In this document: positions 1 to 9,097 of the stretch, one piece after another
Numbering within the stretch: position 1 is the stretch's first letter
How the letters are laid out: each line of letters begins with the position of its first letter
Source of the DNA: Candidatus Zixiibacteriota bacterium
GTDB taxonomy: Bacteria; Zixibacteria; MSB-5A5; JAABVY01
Direction of reading: 5' to 3'
Assembly: GCA_014730285.1 (NCBI GenBank)
Contig: WJIM01000141.1
Span: 1 to 43,092, forward strand
DNA: 43,092 nt
Position numbers and translations under genes: made by a program
Notes under the pieces: model-generated
The model's input: the letters and a program-made list of their open reading frames with translations, nothing else
Database searches by the model: none
Told to the model about the DNA's origin: nothing

Positions 1-666
1 ATGAATGCCGACGGCGTTTTCGAGATCAACTACACTTTCCAGACCAGCGCGGTTGCGGCCACAAGGAAAGTCAACTCCGAAAATTTATGCGGATACGGCA
101 ACTATCCCGATCTCATACTTGTTATAGGTAATTATTCGGATACGGATAATGTATTTATGTTATTCAATGCCGATGAGCTGGATGAAAACAGCGCCATCGA
201 ATCCTGGGGCTCTATCTATAACGGCAACTGCCAGCGCGAAGGGCTGGCCGGAAGCGCCCAGTATCTTACCACAAGATATGAATGCACCGATTCAGACGAC
301 GACTCCGATCCAATGTTCTTCGGATGGCCGGGCGGGCCATACTACGAAGATGAATGCAGGTGCGGAGTTGATGACTTAGGCGGGGTTACATTTGAGAGAT
401 ATGGAGAGGAGATCGCCGATGTCATACAAGGATATTCTATAGCCAGCATACCCGGCTGGAAGAGCTGCAACTGCGAGGGTATTGACAACGATGAAGATGG
501 CGACTTCGATGACTGGGAGGTCACCTGCGCCAGAGTAAGAGTAACATTCGATTTTAAAGTATTCGTCGGGACAGAATACGTGACTCCTGAAACAGTATCG
601 AAGAGAAATCCGTTTGAACCCGGTTTCATAGATGAACTCATAGACGAATACGGCTGCGGAGAATAA
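1..666 (+). CDS. 3' part of a Cys- and Asp/Glu-rich protein of unknown function; the gene may continue beyond the left edge
   Basis: Frame is open from base 1 to TAA 664-666. About 10 Cys and several acidic runs (TDSDDDSDP; IDNDEDGDFDD at nt ~484-510 fits a DxDxDGxxD calcium-binding-type motif). No family recognised by eye. Confidence 0.5.
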   Translation: MNADGVFEINYTFQTSAVAATRKVNSENLCGYGNYPDLILVIGNYSDTDNVFMLFNADELDENSAIESWGSIYNGNCQREGLAGSAQYLTTRYECTDSDDDSDPMFFGWPGGPYYEDECRCGVDDLGGVTFERYGEEIADVIQGYSIASIPGWKSCNCEGIDNDEDGDFDDWEVTCARVRVTFDFKVFVGTEYVTPETVSKRNPFEPGFIDELIDEYGCGE

Positions 667-674
667 TATATGCT

Positions 675-756
675 GGGTGGGACAGGGATCCCCGTACTAC
701 TTGCCCTGATTAATCAGGCAGGCTGATTGCGTCCTGTCCCGCCCTGTCTTTTGTAT
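675..756 (+). terminator. Long-range GC-rich stem with a nested palindrome and a U-rich tail; probable terminator of the upstream + strand gene
   Basis: gggtgggacagg (675-686) pairs with cctgtcccgccc (733-744): 12 bp with one G-U. The loop contains the perfect 14-nt palindrome cctgattaatcagg (705-718). The stem is followed by tgtcttttgtatt. Confidence 0.4.
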
Positions 757-894
757 TCGAATGCTTTTTGTACCCCATTGAAATGTGGATTCAATCGGTC
801 ATACTGCTATGTCTATCATTAAATCAAAGCCCCTATCCTAAAAGAAGCCAGGCCAAACTAATCTGACCCGGCCATCCAATCCATTTATCTCAAT

Positions 895-2097
895 TTATTC
901 TTCGTATCCCGGTATCATCAAGCGCGGATTCTTGTCCTTCCTGAATCCCAGCAGATAATCCGCCTGCATAAGCTTCTGAATCTCGCGAGTGCCCTCATAA
1001 ATCGCAGCTCCCTTGGAATTGCGGAAGAATCGTTCCACAGGGTACTCATCGGAGAAGCCGTAAGCCCCATGCACCTGCACGGCATTGTAAGCGGCCTTTT
1101 CGGCCTGATCGGTACAGAACCATTTCGCCATAGCAGTCTCTCGCGTATTGCGTACACCTTTATTCTTAAGCCAACCGGCCTTCCACCATAAGAGCCTTCC
1201 GGCCTGATAACCATACTCCATCTCCGCCAGCATCTCTTTCACCAACTGATGCTGACTGATCTCGGATTGAAATGTCTTGCGTGTCTGGCAGTATTCCACT
1301 GAAGCATCGATACAGGCCTTTATAAGGCCGGTCGAACCTGCCGCCACGGTGTACCGTCCGCCGTCAAGGCAGGTCATGGCAATCTTAAAGCCCTCGTCCG
1401 GCTCGCCCACCATGTTTTCCTTCGGAACCCTGACATCCTGCATGGCAATCCAGCCGGTATTGCCGGCACGCACTCCCAGCTTGCCGTGAATCGAGCCGGT
1501 GGTCACGCCCTCGAATTCCTTCTCCACGATAAAGCAGGAGATTCCGGAATGGTCGCGCTTTTCTTTTTTATCGCGATCGGTCCAGGCGAAAATCAGAAAG
1601 TTATCAGCCACATCGGCCAGCGAAATCCACATCTTCTCCCCATTTAACAAATAATGATCGTCGTCCTTATCGGCGGTAGTGGCAATTCCAACCGCATCTG
1701 TACCGGCCCCCGGCTCTGTCAATCCGAAAGTTGAAATTTTCTCCCCTTTGGCCTGCGGAACCAGATATTTCTCCTTCTGCTCCTCATTCGCCCATCCCAA
1801 AAGAGTTATCGAATTCAAGCCGATATGCACCGAAAATATCACCCGGGCCGAGGTGTCGGCATATTCCAGCTCCTCGCATACCAGCCCCAGGCTGATATAA
1901 TCCATACCCATCCCGCCGTACTTTTCCGGGATACATACTCCCAGAAGATCGGCCTCCTTTAGGGCCGGGATCAGAGTCGGATCGAATTTATGTTCGCGAT
2001 CGAAATCACGTATGGTCGGTGCCACCTTCCTCTCGGCGATTTCGCGCGCCACCGACTGTACCATCTTATGATCTTCGGTCAATTCAAAGTCTATCAT
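895..2097 (-). CDS. Acyl-CoA dehydrogenase family flavoprotein
   Basis: 400-aa ORF with typical ACAD segments (GLTEPGAGTD, YEGTREIQ near the C-terminus, GG...AAGSTG middle domain). Substrate not assignable by eye. Confidence 0.9.
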   Translation of the reverse strand: MIDFELTEDHKMVQSVAREIAERKVAPTIRDFDREHKFDPTLIPALKEADLLGVCIPEKYGGMGMDYISLGLVCEELEYADTSARVIFSVHIGLNSITLLGWANEEQKEKYLVPQAKGEKISTFGLTEPGAGTDAVGIATTADKDDDHYLLNGEKMWISLADVADNFLIFAWTDRDKKEKRDHSGISCFIVEKEFEGVTTGSIHGKLGVRAGNTGWIAMQDVRVPKENMVGEPDEGFKIAMTCLDGGRYTVAAGSTGLIKACIDASVEYCQTRKTFQSEISQHQLVKEMLAEMEYGYQAGRLLWWKAGWLKNKGVRNTRETAMAKWFCTDQAEKAAYNAVQVHGAYGFSDEYPVERFFRNSKGAAIYEGTREIQKLMQADYLLGFRKDKNPRLMIPGYEE

Positions 2098-2176
2098 CTG
2101 TCATCTCCATATTTAAAATCTCGTTTTTCTATAAACCGTTTGAACCTTTCAAGGTTCAGATTAGTATATGTAATAA

Positions 2177-2204
2177 TTGACAATTGAATACTCAAGCTTA
2201 TATT
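2177..2204 (+). promoter_or_regulatory. sigma70-type promoter candidate (TTGACA-N16-TATATT) upstream of mfd
   Basis: TTGACA at 2177-2182, a 16-nt spacer and TATATT at 2199-2204, in the divergent intergenic region between the acyl-CoA dehydrogenase gene and mfd. Confidence 0.4.
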
Positions 2205-2249
2205 TGTCGGGCTAATGCCGATGGCATTATTAACATTATGATTTCGCTA

Positions 2250-2283
2250 CCCACCCCCCGGAACACGGGGCTGTGGGCTTTTT
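2250..2283 (+). terminator. Terminator-like GC hairpin plus U-tract in the mfd leader (attenuator or 3' end of a small RNA?)
   Basis: cccac/cccc (2250-2259) pairs with gggg/gtggg (2267-2277) around a 7-nt loop, followed by cttttt (2278-2283). It lies 17 nt before the mfd ATG. Confidence 0.35.
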
Positions 2284-2299
2284 GCGTTTGGCGTAAGGT

Positions 2300-5200
2300 A
2301 TGAAAGAAAAAATACTTGAAATAATAAAAAATTCCGATTCGTACAAGAATGCAATTGAGCTTTCCAATTTAGGCCGGAATAATCTGGAAATCTCTGGCCT
2401 TGTGGGCGCTGGCAGAAGCTTTTTCCTCTACAACTGGTTCAAAGAGTTTCCCGGCAAATATCTTGTTATAACAAAAACCGAAAAAGAGGCCTTTGCGATC
2501 AAGAACGACATCAACGAAATATCCGGCAACGGCCTCGCCTTTCAATTTCCGTGCTGGAATATAAAACCCTATCAATGGAAAACTCCGGCGGCGGAAAATA
2601 TCGGTGAGCGACTGGAAACGCTTTTCAATCTCCAGAACCGCGATGATATTATCGTAACTGCCTCAGTCCATGCAATCCTGGAGCCTACTATTGCTCCCGA
2701 CGAGCTTGCGGTCAGCTCCCTGCACATGGAAATCAATCAGGAGATGACACAGGATGATTTGATTTCGCGTCTAACCGAACTTGGATACGAGCGCGATCCT
2801 ATGGTAGAAGAGGTGGGATCGTTTTCGGTACGCGGCGGAATTGTCGATATTTTCCCCTACACCACCGAGAATCCCATCAGAATCGAATTCTTCGGGGACT
2901 TCATCGAATCGATAAGAAACTTTTCGGTGGCCAACCAGCGGTCGATTGGCACTCTGGATAAGATGACACTCCTTCCCCGCCGCGAGAGCCTACTGACAAT
3001 TACCGAGCTCGACAAATTCATCGAAAAGCTTCCGCAACGCGATCAGGAAATTCTCTCCGACAAATTCCGCTTCGGAATCGACACTCCCGGCCTGGAATGG
3101 GCAACAGCATTTTTTAACGGCAAACGTCCATATTTATTCGACTATATAGATTCCGATACGAACCTGTATCTTCTGGAGCCGGGGCTGCTGAAAGCGGAGT
3201 CCGAGGATTTAAACGAGATGTTCGCAAACTACTTCGAGCAGGAGCGGGAAAAATACGAGGAGTTACCCGGACCCGACAGAATTTATCTTGAGCCGGAAGA
3301 GTTCGAGTCGCGACTCAATGGACACAATCGAATCTCCGAAATCTCATTTGGAAAAAGCGCCGAAAATGTCAATTTCAGAATGAATGAGCATCCCGTAATT
3401 AATTCACAGATCAAACTTCTTAAAAGCAATATAAAAGGTCTTCAGGAGCGCCATTATGCGGTCTACCTCGCCTGCGATAACAAAGTACAAAAGGATCGCA
3501 TGCGCGATATTCTGGAGGAGGATGCCGACTGGATCAGCACCTCGGTTCTGGATATCTCCGAGGGATTTATTTACCCGCAGACAAATCTGGTAGTGCTGAC
3601 CGATCATCAGATATTTACGCGCAAATTCCACCGTTACCGCAAAGCCAAAATCAAAGAGGGTGTGGCGATATCATCCTACACCAATTTGAATGTCGGCGAT
3701 TTTGTTGTGCATGTCGATCATGGCATCGGCAAATATCGCGGTCTGGAGGAGCTTACTATCGAGAATCGCAGGCGGGACTGCCTGTTGATTATGTATGATA
3801 AGGATGATAAGCTCTATGTGCCTATAGAAGAGTTCAATCGTGTTCAGAAATACATCGGCAAGGAGGGACGGCCGAAACTAAGCACTCTTCGCGGCACTGC
3901 CTGGCAGAAGACAAAAGCCAGAACCAAGAAAGCTATCGCCAAAATGGCCGAGGAACTCCTGCGTCTCTATGCCAAACGCAAAGCCCGTCCCGGCTTCAAG
4001 TTTTCGCAGGATTCGACCTGGATGCATCAACTGGAGGCATCATTCCCATTCGACGAAACACCTGACCAGCTCGATGCTATCTCCGATATCAAGGAAGATA
4101 TGGAAGCGGGAAATCCGATGGATCGCCTGATCTGCGGTGATGTTGGTTTCGGCAAAACCGAGGTAGCGATCCGTGCGGCCTTCAAAACGGTCTGCGACGA
4201 CAAGCAGGTGGCGGTGCTGGTGCCGACCACTATTTTGGCTCAGCAGCATCAATCGACCTTCCGCAACCGGTTGGCAGATTTTCCTGTCCGTATCGAGATG
4301 CTCTCGCGTTTCAAATCCCGAAAAGAGCAGCGTGAGATTATCAAAGACCTGGCCGAGGGCAGGGTCGATATTATTATCGGAACTCACCGCCTGCTTTCCA
4401 AAGATGTGAATTTCAGAGAACTCGGACTCCTTGTGGTCGATGAGGAACAGCGTTTCGGTGTTGCCCATAAAGAAAAAATCAAAAAGATGAAAAGCCAGGT
4501 CGACGTTCTGACTATGACCGCCACCCCGATTCCGAGGACTATGCAGATGTCGCTTCTGGGTGCGCGGGACATGTCGGTCATAAACACCTCTCCCAAAGAC
4601 CGGCTGCCAATCAATACAGAGATCTCCGAATTCCATCCTGAGGCAATTCGCAAGGGAATACTGGGCGAGGTGGAAAGAGGCGGACAGGTCTACTTCGTAC
4701 ACAACCGTGTCCAGACAATCCTGTCGATTTACCGTTATCTTTCCAAACTCCTGCCGCATATACGTATAGCTGTCGCGCACGGCCAGATGCCGGAGAAGGA
4801 GCTGGAGGAGATTATGCTCTCGTTTTTATCCCAGCATTACGATGTCCTGCTTTCTACCAGCATCATCGAATCGGGTCTGGATATCCCCATGGTCAACACG
4901 ATTATCATCAATCGCGCCGATCATTTTGGTCTGGCACAGTTGTATCAGTTGCGCGGAAGGGTGGGACGGTCCACGCGGCGTGCGCAGGCCTTGCTCCTGA
5001 TTCCGCCCTTAAAGCTTCTGACTAATACCGCCAGAAAGCGACTGAAAGCTCTGGAGCAGCATACCGAACTCGGCTCCGGTTTTCAGCTCGCCATGAAGGA
5101 TCTGGAAATCCGCGGCGCCGGCAATATGCTGGGACCTCAGCAGCACGGCTTCATCGAGGAGGTCGGTTTCGATCTCTATCTGAAGCTCCTGAAAGAGGCC

Positions 5201-5677
5201 GTGGCCGAACTGAAAGGCGAAAAGATCGAAGAGAGAATCGAGGTTAAGATGGATGTCGATCTGGAACTGTATTTCCCCGACAATTATATCCCCTATTCTC
5301 AACAAAAGGTCGAACTCTATCAACGTCTTGCGCAGGCCGAGGATTACAAGGAGATAAATGAGCTTAAGCTTGAGGTTATAGACCGTTACGGGCAGATGCC
5401 TCAGGAGGCGGAAAATCTCTTTGAAATGGCGGAAGTCAAACTTTTGGCCAGCCGTCTTAAGCTGAGCCGTCTGGCATTTCGCAATAAATTCCTCAAAATC
5501 GTTTATTCAAACGATTACCTTCCCTCTAAAAAGCAGGTATCGAACCTGGCCTCGAAATTAACCGAGCCGATAGAATTCAGCTCCACCGGGGACTTCACAA
5601 TCACAATTGACTACAGGGATTACGAGGATTCGGACTGGGGCCAAAAGTTCAAATTTAGCTTGCAATTATTGGCTTAG
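2300..5677 (+). CDS. mfd: Transcription-repair coupling factor Mfd
   Basis: 1125 aa. UvrB-homology N-terminus, CarD-like RNAP-interaction region (GDFVVHVDHGIGKY), SF2 helicase motifs (GDVGFGKTEVA, DEEQRFG, TATPIPRT, QLRGRVGRS) and a C-terminal TRCF domain. Confidence 0.95.
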   Translation: MKEKILEIIKNSDSYKNAIELSNLGRNNLEISGLVGAGRSFFLYNWFKEFPGKYLVITKTEKEAFAIKNDINEISGNGLAFQFPCWNIKPYQWKTPAAENIGERLETLFNLQNRDDIIVTASVHAILEPTIAPDELAVSSLHMEINQEMTQDDLISRLTELGYERDPMVEEVGSFSVRGGIVDIFPYTTENPIRIEFFGDFIESIRNFSVANQRSIGTLDKMTLLPRRESLLTITELDKFIEKLPQRDQEILSDKFRFGIDTPGLEWATAFFNGKRPYLFDYIDSDTNLYLLEPGLLKAESEDLNEMFANYFEQEREKYEELPGPDRIYLEPEEFESRLNGHNRISEISFGKSAENVNFRMNEHPVINSQIKLLKSNIKGLQERHYAVYLACDNKVQKDRMRDILEEDADWISTSVLDISEGFIYPQTNLVVLTDHQIFTRKFHRYRKAKIKEGVAISSYTNLNVGDFVVHVDHGIGKYRGLEELTIENRRRDCLLIMYDKDDKLYVPIEEFNRVQKYIGKEGRPKLSTLRGTAWQKTKARTKKAIAKMAEELLRLYAKRKARPGFKFSQDSTWMHQLEASFPFDETPDQLDAISDIKEDMEAGNPMDRLICGDVGFGKTEVAIRAAFKTVCDDKQVAVLVPTTILAQQHQSTFRNRLADFPVRIEMLSRFKSRKEQREIIKDLAEGRVDIIIGTHRLLSKDVNFRELGLLVVDEEQRFGVAHKEKIKKMKSQVDVLTMTATPIPRTMQMSLLGARDMSVINTSPKDRLPINTEISEFHPEAIRKGILGEVERGGQVYFVHNRVQTILSIYRYLSKLLPHIRIAVAHGQMPEKELEEIMLSFLSQHYDVLLSTSIIESGLDIPMVNTIIINRADHFGLAQLYQLRGRVGRSTRRAQALLLIPPLKLLTNTARKRLKALEQHTELGSGFQLAMKDLEIRGAGNMLGPQQHGFIEEVGFDLYLKLLKEAVAELKGEKIEERIEVKMDVDLELYFPDNYIPYSQQKVELYQRLAQAEDYKEINELKLEVIDRYGQMPQEAENLFEMAEVKLLASRLKLSRLAFRNKFLKIVYSNDYLPSKKQVSNLASKLTEPIEFSSTGDFTITIDYRDYEDSDWGQKFKFSLQLLA

Positions 5678-5744
5678 AAACTATCTTTGAAGGTTATTCG
5701 GAACAATACACCGGAAAAATTATAAAAACTTCTGAGGTGAGTAG

Positions 5745-7475
5745 ATGAAAAAACTTAGCGCATTAATACTGATTATCTCATTAATTGCTTCGATCTCATG
5801 TGGAGGCGGCGACAGAGACACGTCTGACCCGCAGTATCATAAGAAGGAAAGAGCCGAAAGCGAAACTATTGCGAAAATCGGCGAATCGGAACTGAAAGTA
5901 TTCCTTATGGAAGATTTTGATGAAATGTATGCCACCGATTTCGCCTCAGCTGAGGAAGAATACAACGCCAAAAAGGAATATCTGGATTCTTTAATAAATA
6001 TGTATGTGTTTGTTGAGGCGGCTTATGAGCTTGGTCTTCAAAAGGATCAAGAAATTATCAAGCTTGTCAAAGACAGCCGCCCGGCCTTTATGAGAGACGA
6101 GCTCTTCAAAGCCAAAATCCTTCCTTTTATCGACGTTTCCAGGGATGAGATCGAAACCTGGTACGAGAATATGGACGAGGAAGTTAAGATGTCGGTGATC
6201 TTTCTGGAGGACAGCACTCGCGCGGATTCGGTCTTTAATGCGATCGAAAACGGCGCGGACTTTGCCGGGATGGCACGGAAATATTCTCTGGATGAGGCCA
6301 GCGCTGTGGAGGGCGGCGATCTGGGATACAGAACTTGGGTCAGCCTCTCGGAGGAATTTCAGAATAATGTCTTCAATCTCGAACCGGGTGAGACCGTGCT
6401 ATTCAGCGTGCCCGGCGGATGGGATATCGCCACCGTAACCGAAAGGCGCGAGGTTGAACGCCAGCCCCTGGAGCAGATTGAGGATATGCTTATTTCCCGA
6501 ATTCAGGCCGAGAAAAAAGCCAGGGTACAGAATGAATTTTATGACGAGCTTTTCGAGGAAGCCAATGTAAAAATTAACGAGGAAACTGCGGAATTTATAT
6601 ATGATAAAGCGGCAACGCTCTATCCCGACGTTATCGGCGGAGTGCCCTTCAGAAAGAACACCTTCAATCCTGACGATCTGGCTCAATACGAGCGCAATAT
6701 GATTCTGGCCACCTACAACGGCGGTGAGGTTACGCTGGGAGAATATCTTCTGCAGACCGCGCGCTGGAACGACAATCAGCGTCCGCCATTTAACGAAATC
6801 GAAAACCTCAAAAAAGCCATCTTCAATTTGAAGCTCATGGATCTGCTTCAGCAAAAGGCCGAGGATATGGAGCTGTCCGAAACCGTGGATTACAAGGATG
6901 CCGCCCGTTTCTACAAGGATCAGATCATGGCGGCCAAGATGAAGGAACTAATAGTCGAGGAAAAGGGATTCGTATCCGAGGATGAGGTGGCGGAATACTA
7001 CCAGGCTCACGCCGATGAATATGTCGTGCCGAAAAAACTGCATGTGAAAGAAATCCTGATCGAGACCGAGGCGGATGCCGAAAGGATTCATGAACGCTTG
7101 CAGAATGGCAGCAACTTCGATGAACTGGCCGCCAATACAATCCGTCCCACCGCACAGAATTCCAATGGCGACCTCGGGTTTATTGCTGAGTACAACTTCC
7201 CGACTCTGTTCGAGCGCGCCAATCAGCTTAAAGCTGGCCAGTTCTCCGAGCCTTTTCCGGTAGGCGACAACTGGTCTATCGTGAAGCTCGTTGCCGTGAG
7301 GGATCAACAGGTTAAGTTGTTTGACGAAGTCGCCACTCAGGTCAAAACAGAGCTTGAAAACAAGAAAAAAGAGACGGCTCTCGAGGAATGGATGGCCGAG
7401 AACAGGGACCGTTTCGATATCGATGTAAAATACGATTTAATATGGGAAACAATCGATAAGGAAGAATATGAATAG
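5745..7475 (+). CDS. Parvulin (PpiC)-type peptidyl-prolyl isomerase / SurA-PpiD-like chaperone, probable lipoprotein
   Basis: Signal peptide ending in ...IASISCGGG (lipobox-like). Parvulin-like segments (ADFAGMARKYSLDEASAVEGGDLGY; NFDELAA...NGDLGF). SD gaggtga lies before the ATG. Confidence 0.75.
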   Translation: MKKLSALILIISLIASISCGGGDRDTSDPQYHKKERAESETIAKIGESELKVFLMEDFDEMYATDFASAEEEYNAKKEYLDSLINMYVFVEAAYELGLQKDQEIIKLVKDSRPAFMRDELFKAKILPFIDVSRDEIETWYENMDEEVKMSVIFLEDSTRADSVFNAIENGADFAGMARKYSLDEASAVEGGDLGYRTWVSLSEEFQNNVFNLEPGETVLFSVPGGWDIATVTERREVERQPLEQIEDMLISRIQAEKKARVQNEFYDELFEEANVKINEETAEFIYDKAATLYPDVIGGVPFRKNTFNPDDLAQYERNMILATYNGGEVTLGEYLLQTARWNDNQRPPFNEIENLKKAIFNLKLMDLLQQKAEDMELSETVDYKDAARFYKDQIMAAKMKELIVEEKGFVSEDEVAEYYQAHADEYVVPKKLHVKEILIETEADAERIHERLQNGSNFDELAANTIRPTAQNSNGDLGFIAEYNFPTLFERANQLKAGQFSEPFPVGDNWSIVKLVAVRDQQVKLFDEVATQVKTELENKKKETALEEWMAENRDRFDIDVKYDLIWETIDKEEYE

Positions 7476-8778
7476 AGTTTTCAAAATAATCCTCTTACTT
7501 TGTCTGGTACTATTTTTGAGCGCTTCGGCATTCGGCCAGAAACGTGAACTGGTCGACAAAATAGCCGCGGTTGTGGGCGACGAGATCATCCTGGTTTCGG
7601 AGCTCGATTTCCAGTTGCAGATGTTTCTGATGCAGATGGAAAATCCGAATCTGACTCCGGCCGAGGCCGACAGTCTGAGGGAAATCATCCTGCAGCAGAT
7701 GGTTACCGATAAGCTATTGCTGGTAGAGGCTCAAAAGGATACTACCCTGAATATCAAGGAAGAGCAGATCGAGCAGGCATTGCAGCAGAAAATCGAGGAG
7801 TTGCGTTCGCGCTTTCCGACCGAGGCCGAGTTTGAGGCTCAGATGAGGCTGGAAGGTTTGAATATTCGCGAATTGAAGGCCAAGTTCAGGCGCGAGGTCC
7901 GCAACCAGTTGATCCGTGACCGATATGTTCAGCGTTTTATGGCTGACGTCACTGTCACCTCGGCTGAAGTGCGGGAGTTTTATGAAATGTACAGGGATTC
8001 GCTGCCTTCTCAGCCGGAGGCGATCAAATTATCGCATATTTTGCTGAATATCGAGGCCTCCGGGGCTACTTTGGACTCCGCCCGGATGAAGGCGGAAAAA
8101 GTCAAAAAACTTCTGGATGAGGGCGGCGACTTCACCACCCTGGCCCAGCTCTATTCCGAAGATCAGGGAACTGCGGCATCGGGAGGCGATCTGGGCTATT
8201 TTGAAAAAGGAACTCTCTTTAGGGAATTCGAGGATAAAGTTTTCAGTCTGGAGCCGGGGCAGATTTCCGAACCGTTCAAGACACGTCTAGGTTATCACGT
8301 AATCAAAGTCGAGGATAAACTGCCTGACCGTGTACATGCCCGGCATATCCTCTTCCGTACCGAACCCTCCCAGGAAGACGAGCAGCGTGTGTTGGCGCTG
8401 GCCGACAGTCTTCACAACGTGCTGGCTGACGGTAATGCCGAATTTACCGAGCTTGTCAAAGAGTATTCGGACGACGGGGACACGAAAAAACAGGGCGGTG
8501 AGCTGGGCTGGTTTGCGGTGGACAAACTAACCCCGGAATTCAAAACCGCTGTTGCCGGTCTTGAGGCAGGCGAAATCTCCGAACCGACCGTATCCGATTT
8601 CGGGTATCATCTGCTCAAGGTTCTCGATCGCCAGGACTCGCGTGCCATGTCTCTGGAAGAGGACTGGGACAGGCTTCGCGAATTCGCCAAAAGACAGAAA
8701 AGCGACATTGTATTGCAGGAATGGCTCGAGGAAGCCAAAGAAAAAATCTACGTCGACATAAGAATAGATGAGAATTGA
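7468..8778 (+). CDS. surA: SurA-like periplasmic chaperone with two parvulin PPIase domains
   Basis: Signal peptide, SurA N-domain-like region and two parvulin domains (HILL...GGDLGYFEKG...GYHVIKV; HILF...GGELGWF...GYHLLKV). Overlaps the upstream gene by 8 nt. Confidence 0.8.
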   Translation: MNRVFKIILLLCLVLFLSASAFGQKRELVDKIAAVVGDEIILVSELDFQLQMFLMQMENPNLTPAEADSLREIILQQMVTDKLLLVEAQKDTTLNIKEEQIEQALQQKIEELRSRFPTEAEFEAQMRLEGLNIRELKAKFRREVRNQLIRDRYVQRFMADVTVTSAEVREFYEMYRDSLPSQPEAIKLSHILLNIEASGATLDSARMKAEKVKKLLDEGGDFTTLAQLYSEDQGTAASGGDLGYFEKGTLFREFEDKVFSLEPGQISEPFKTRLGYHVIKVEDKLPDRVHARHILFRTEPSQEDEQRVLALADSLHNVLADGNAEFTELVKEYSDDGDTKKQGGELGWFAVDKLTPEFKTAVAGLEAGEISEPTVSDFGYHLLKVLDRQDSRAMSLEEDWDRLREFAKRQKSDIVLQEWLEEAKEKIYVDIRIDEN

Positions 8779-9025
8779 CGATTACCTATCAACTGTATTC
8801 CTGATTAAAAGACGGACTGTAGCCAAAGAATGGATTCAGGGCGGTAAAGTACGTCTGAATGGCAGCCGTACGAAACCTGCTCATGATATCAACCCCGGCG
8901 ATCTGATCGATATATACTACAAAAATCATAAAATCACGGTCGAGGTTCTGGAGGTGCCCGGGAAATCCATTCCCAAGGCACAGGCGGAAAATTATTATAA
9001 ACTTATTGAGGATACAAAAGTATAA
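8768..9025 (+). CDS. S4-domain RNA-binding protein (Hsp15/YlmH-like small protein)
   Basis: 85 aa. MRIDDYL...KRRTVAKEWIQGGKVRLNG...KPAHDINPGDLI is an S4-fold signature. Overlaps the surA-like stop by 11 nt. Confidence 0.7.
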   Translation: MRIDDYLSTVFLIKRRTVAKEWIQGGKVRLNGSRTKPAHDINPGDLIDIYYKNHKITVEVLEVPGKSIPKAQAENYYKLIEDTKV

Positions 9026-9097
9026 TATTCAGGAAATACTTTCGTATTATTATATGATGGAAGAGTATTAATTTAAGCCGGTTAAAGGAAGGTTTTT

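Noticed and set aside
4040-4780. 246-aa minus-strand ORF inside mfd.
   Set aside because: It is antisense to the highly conserved helicase core of mfd and has no recognisable motifs. This is a typical shadow ORF.
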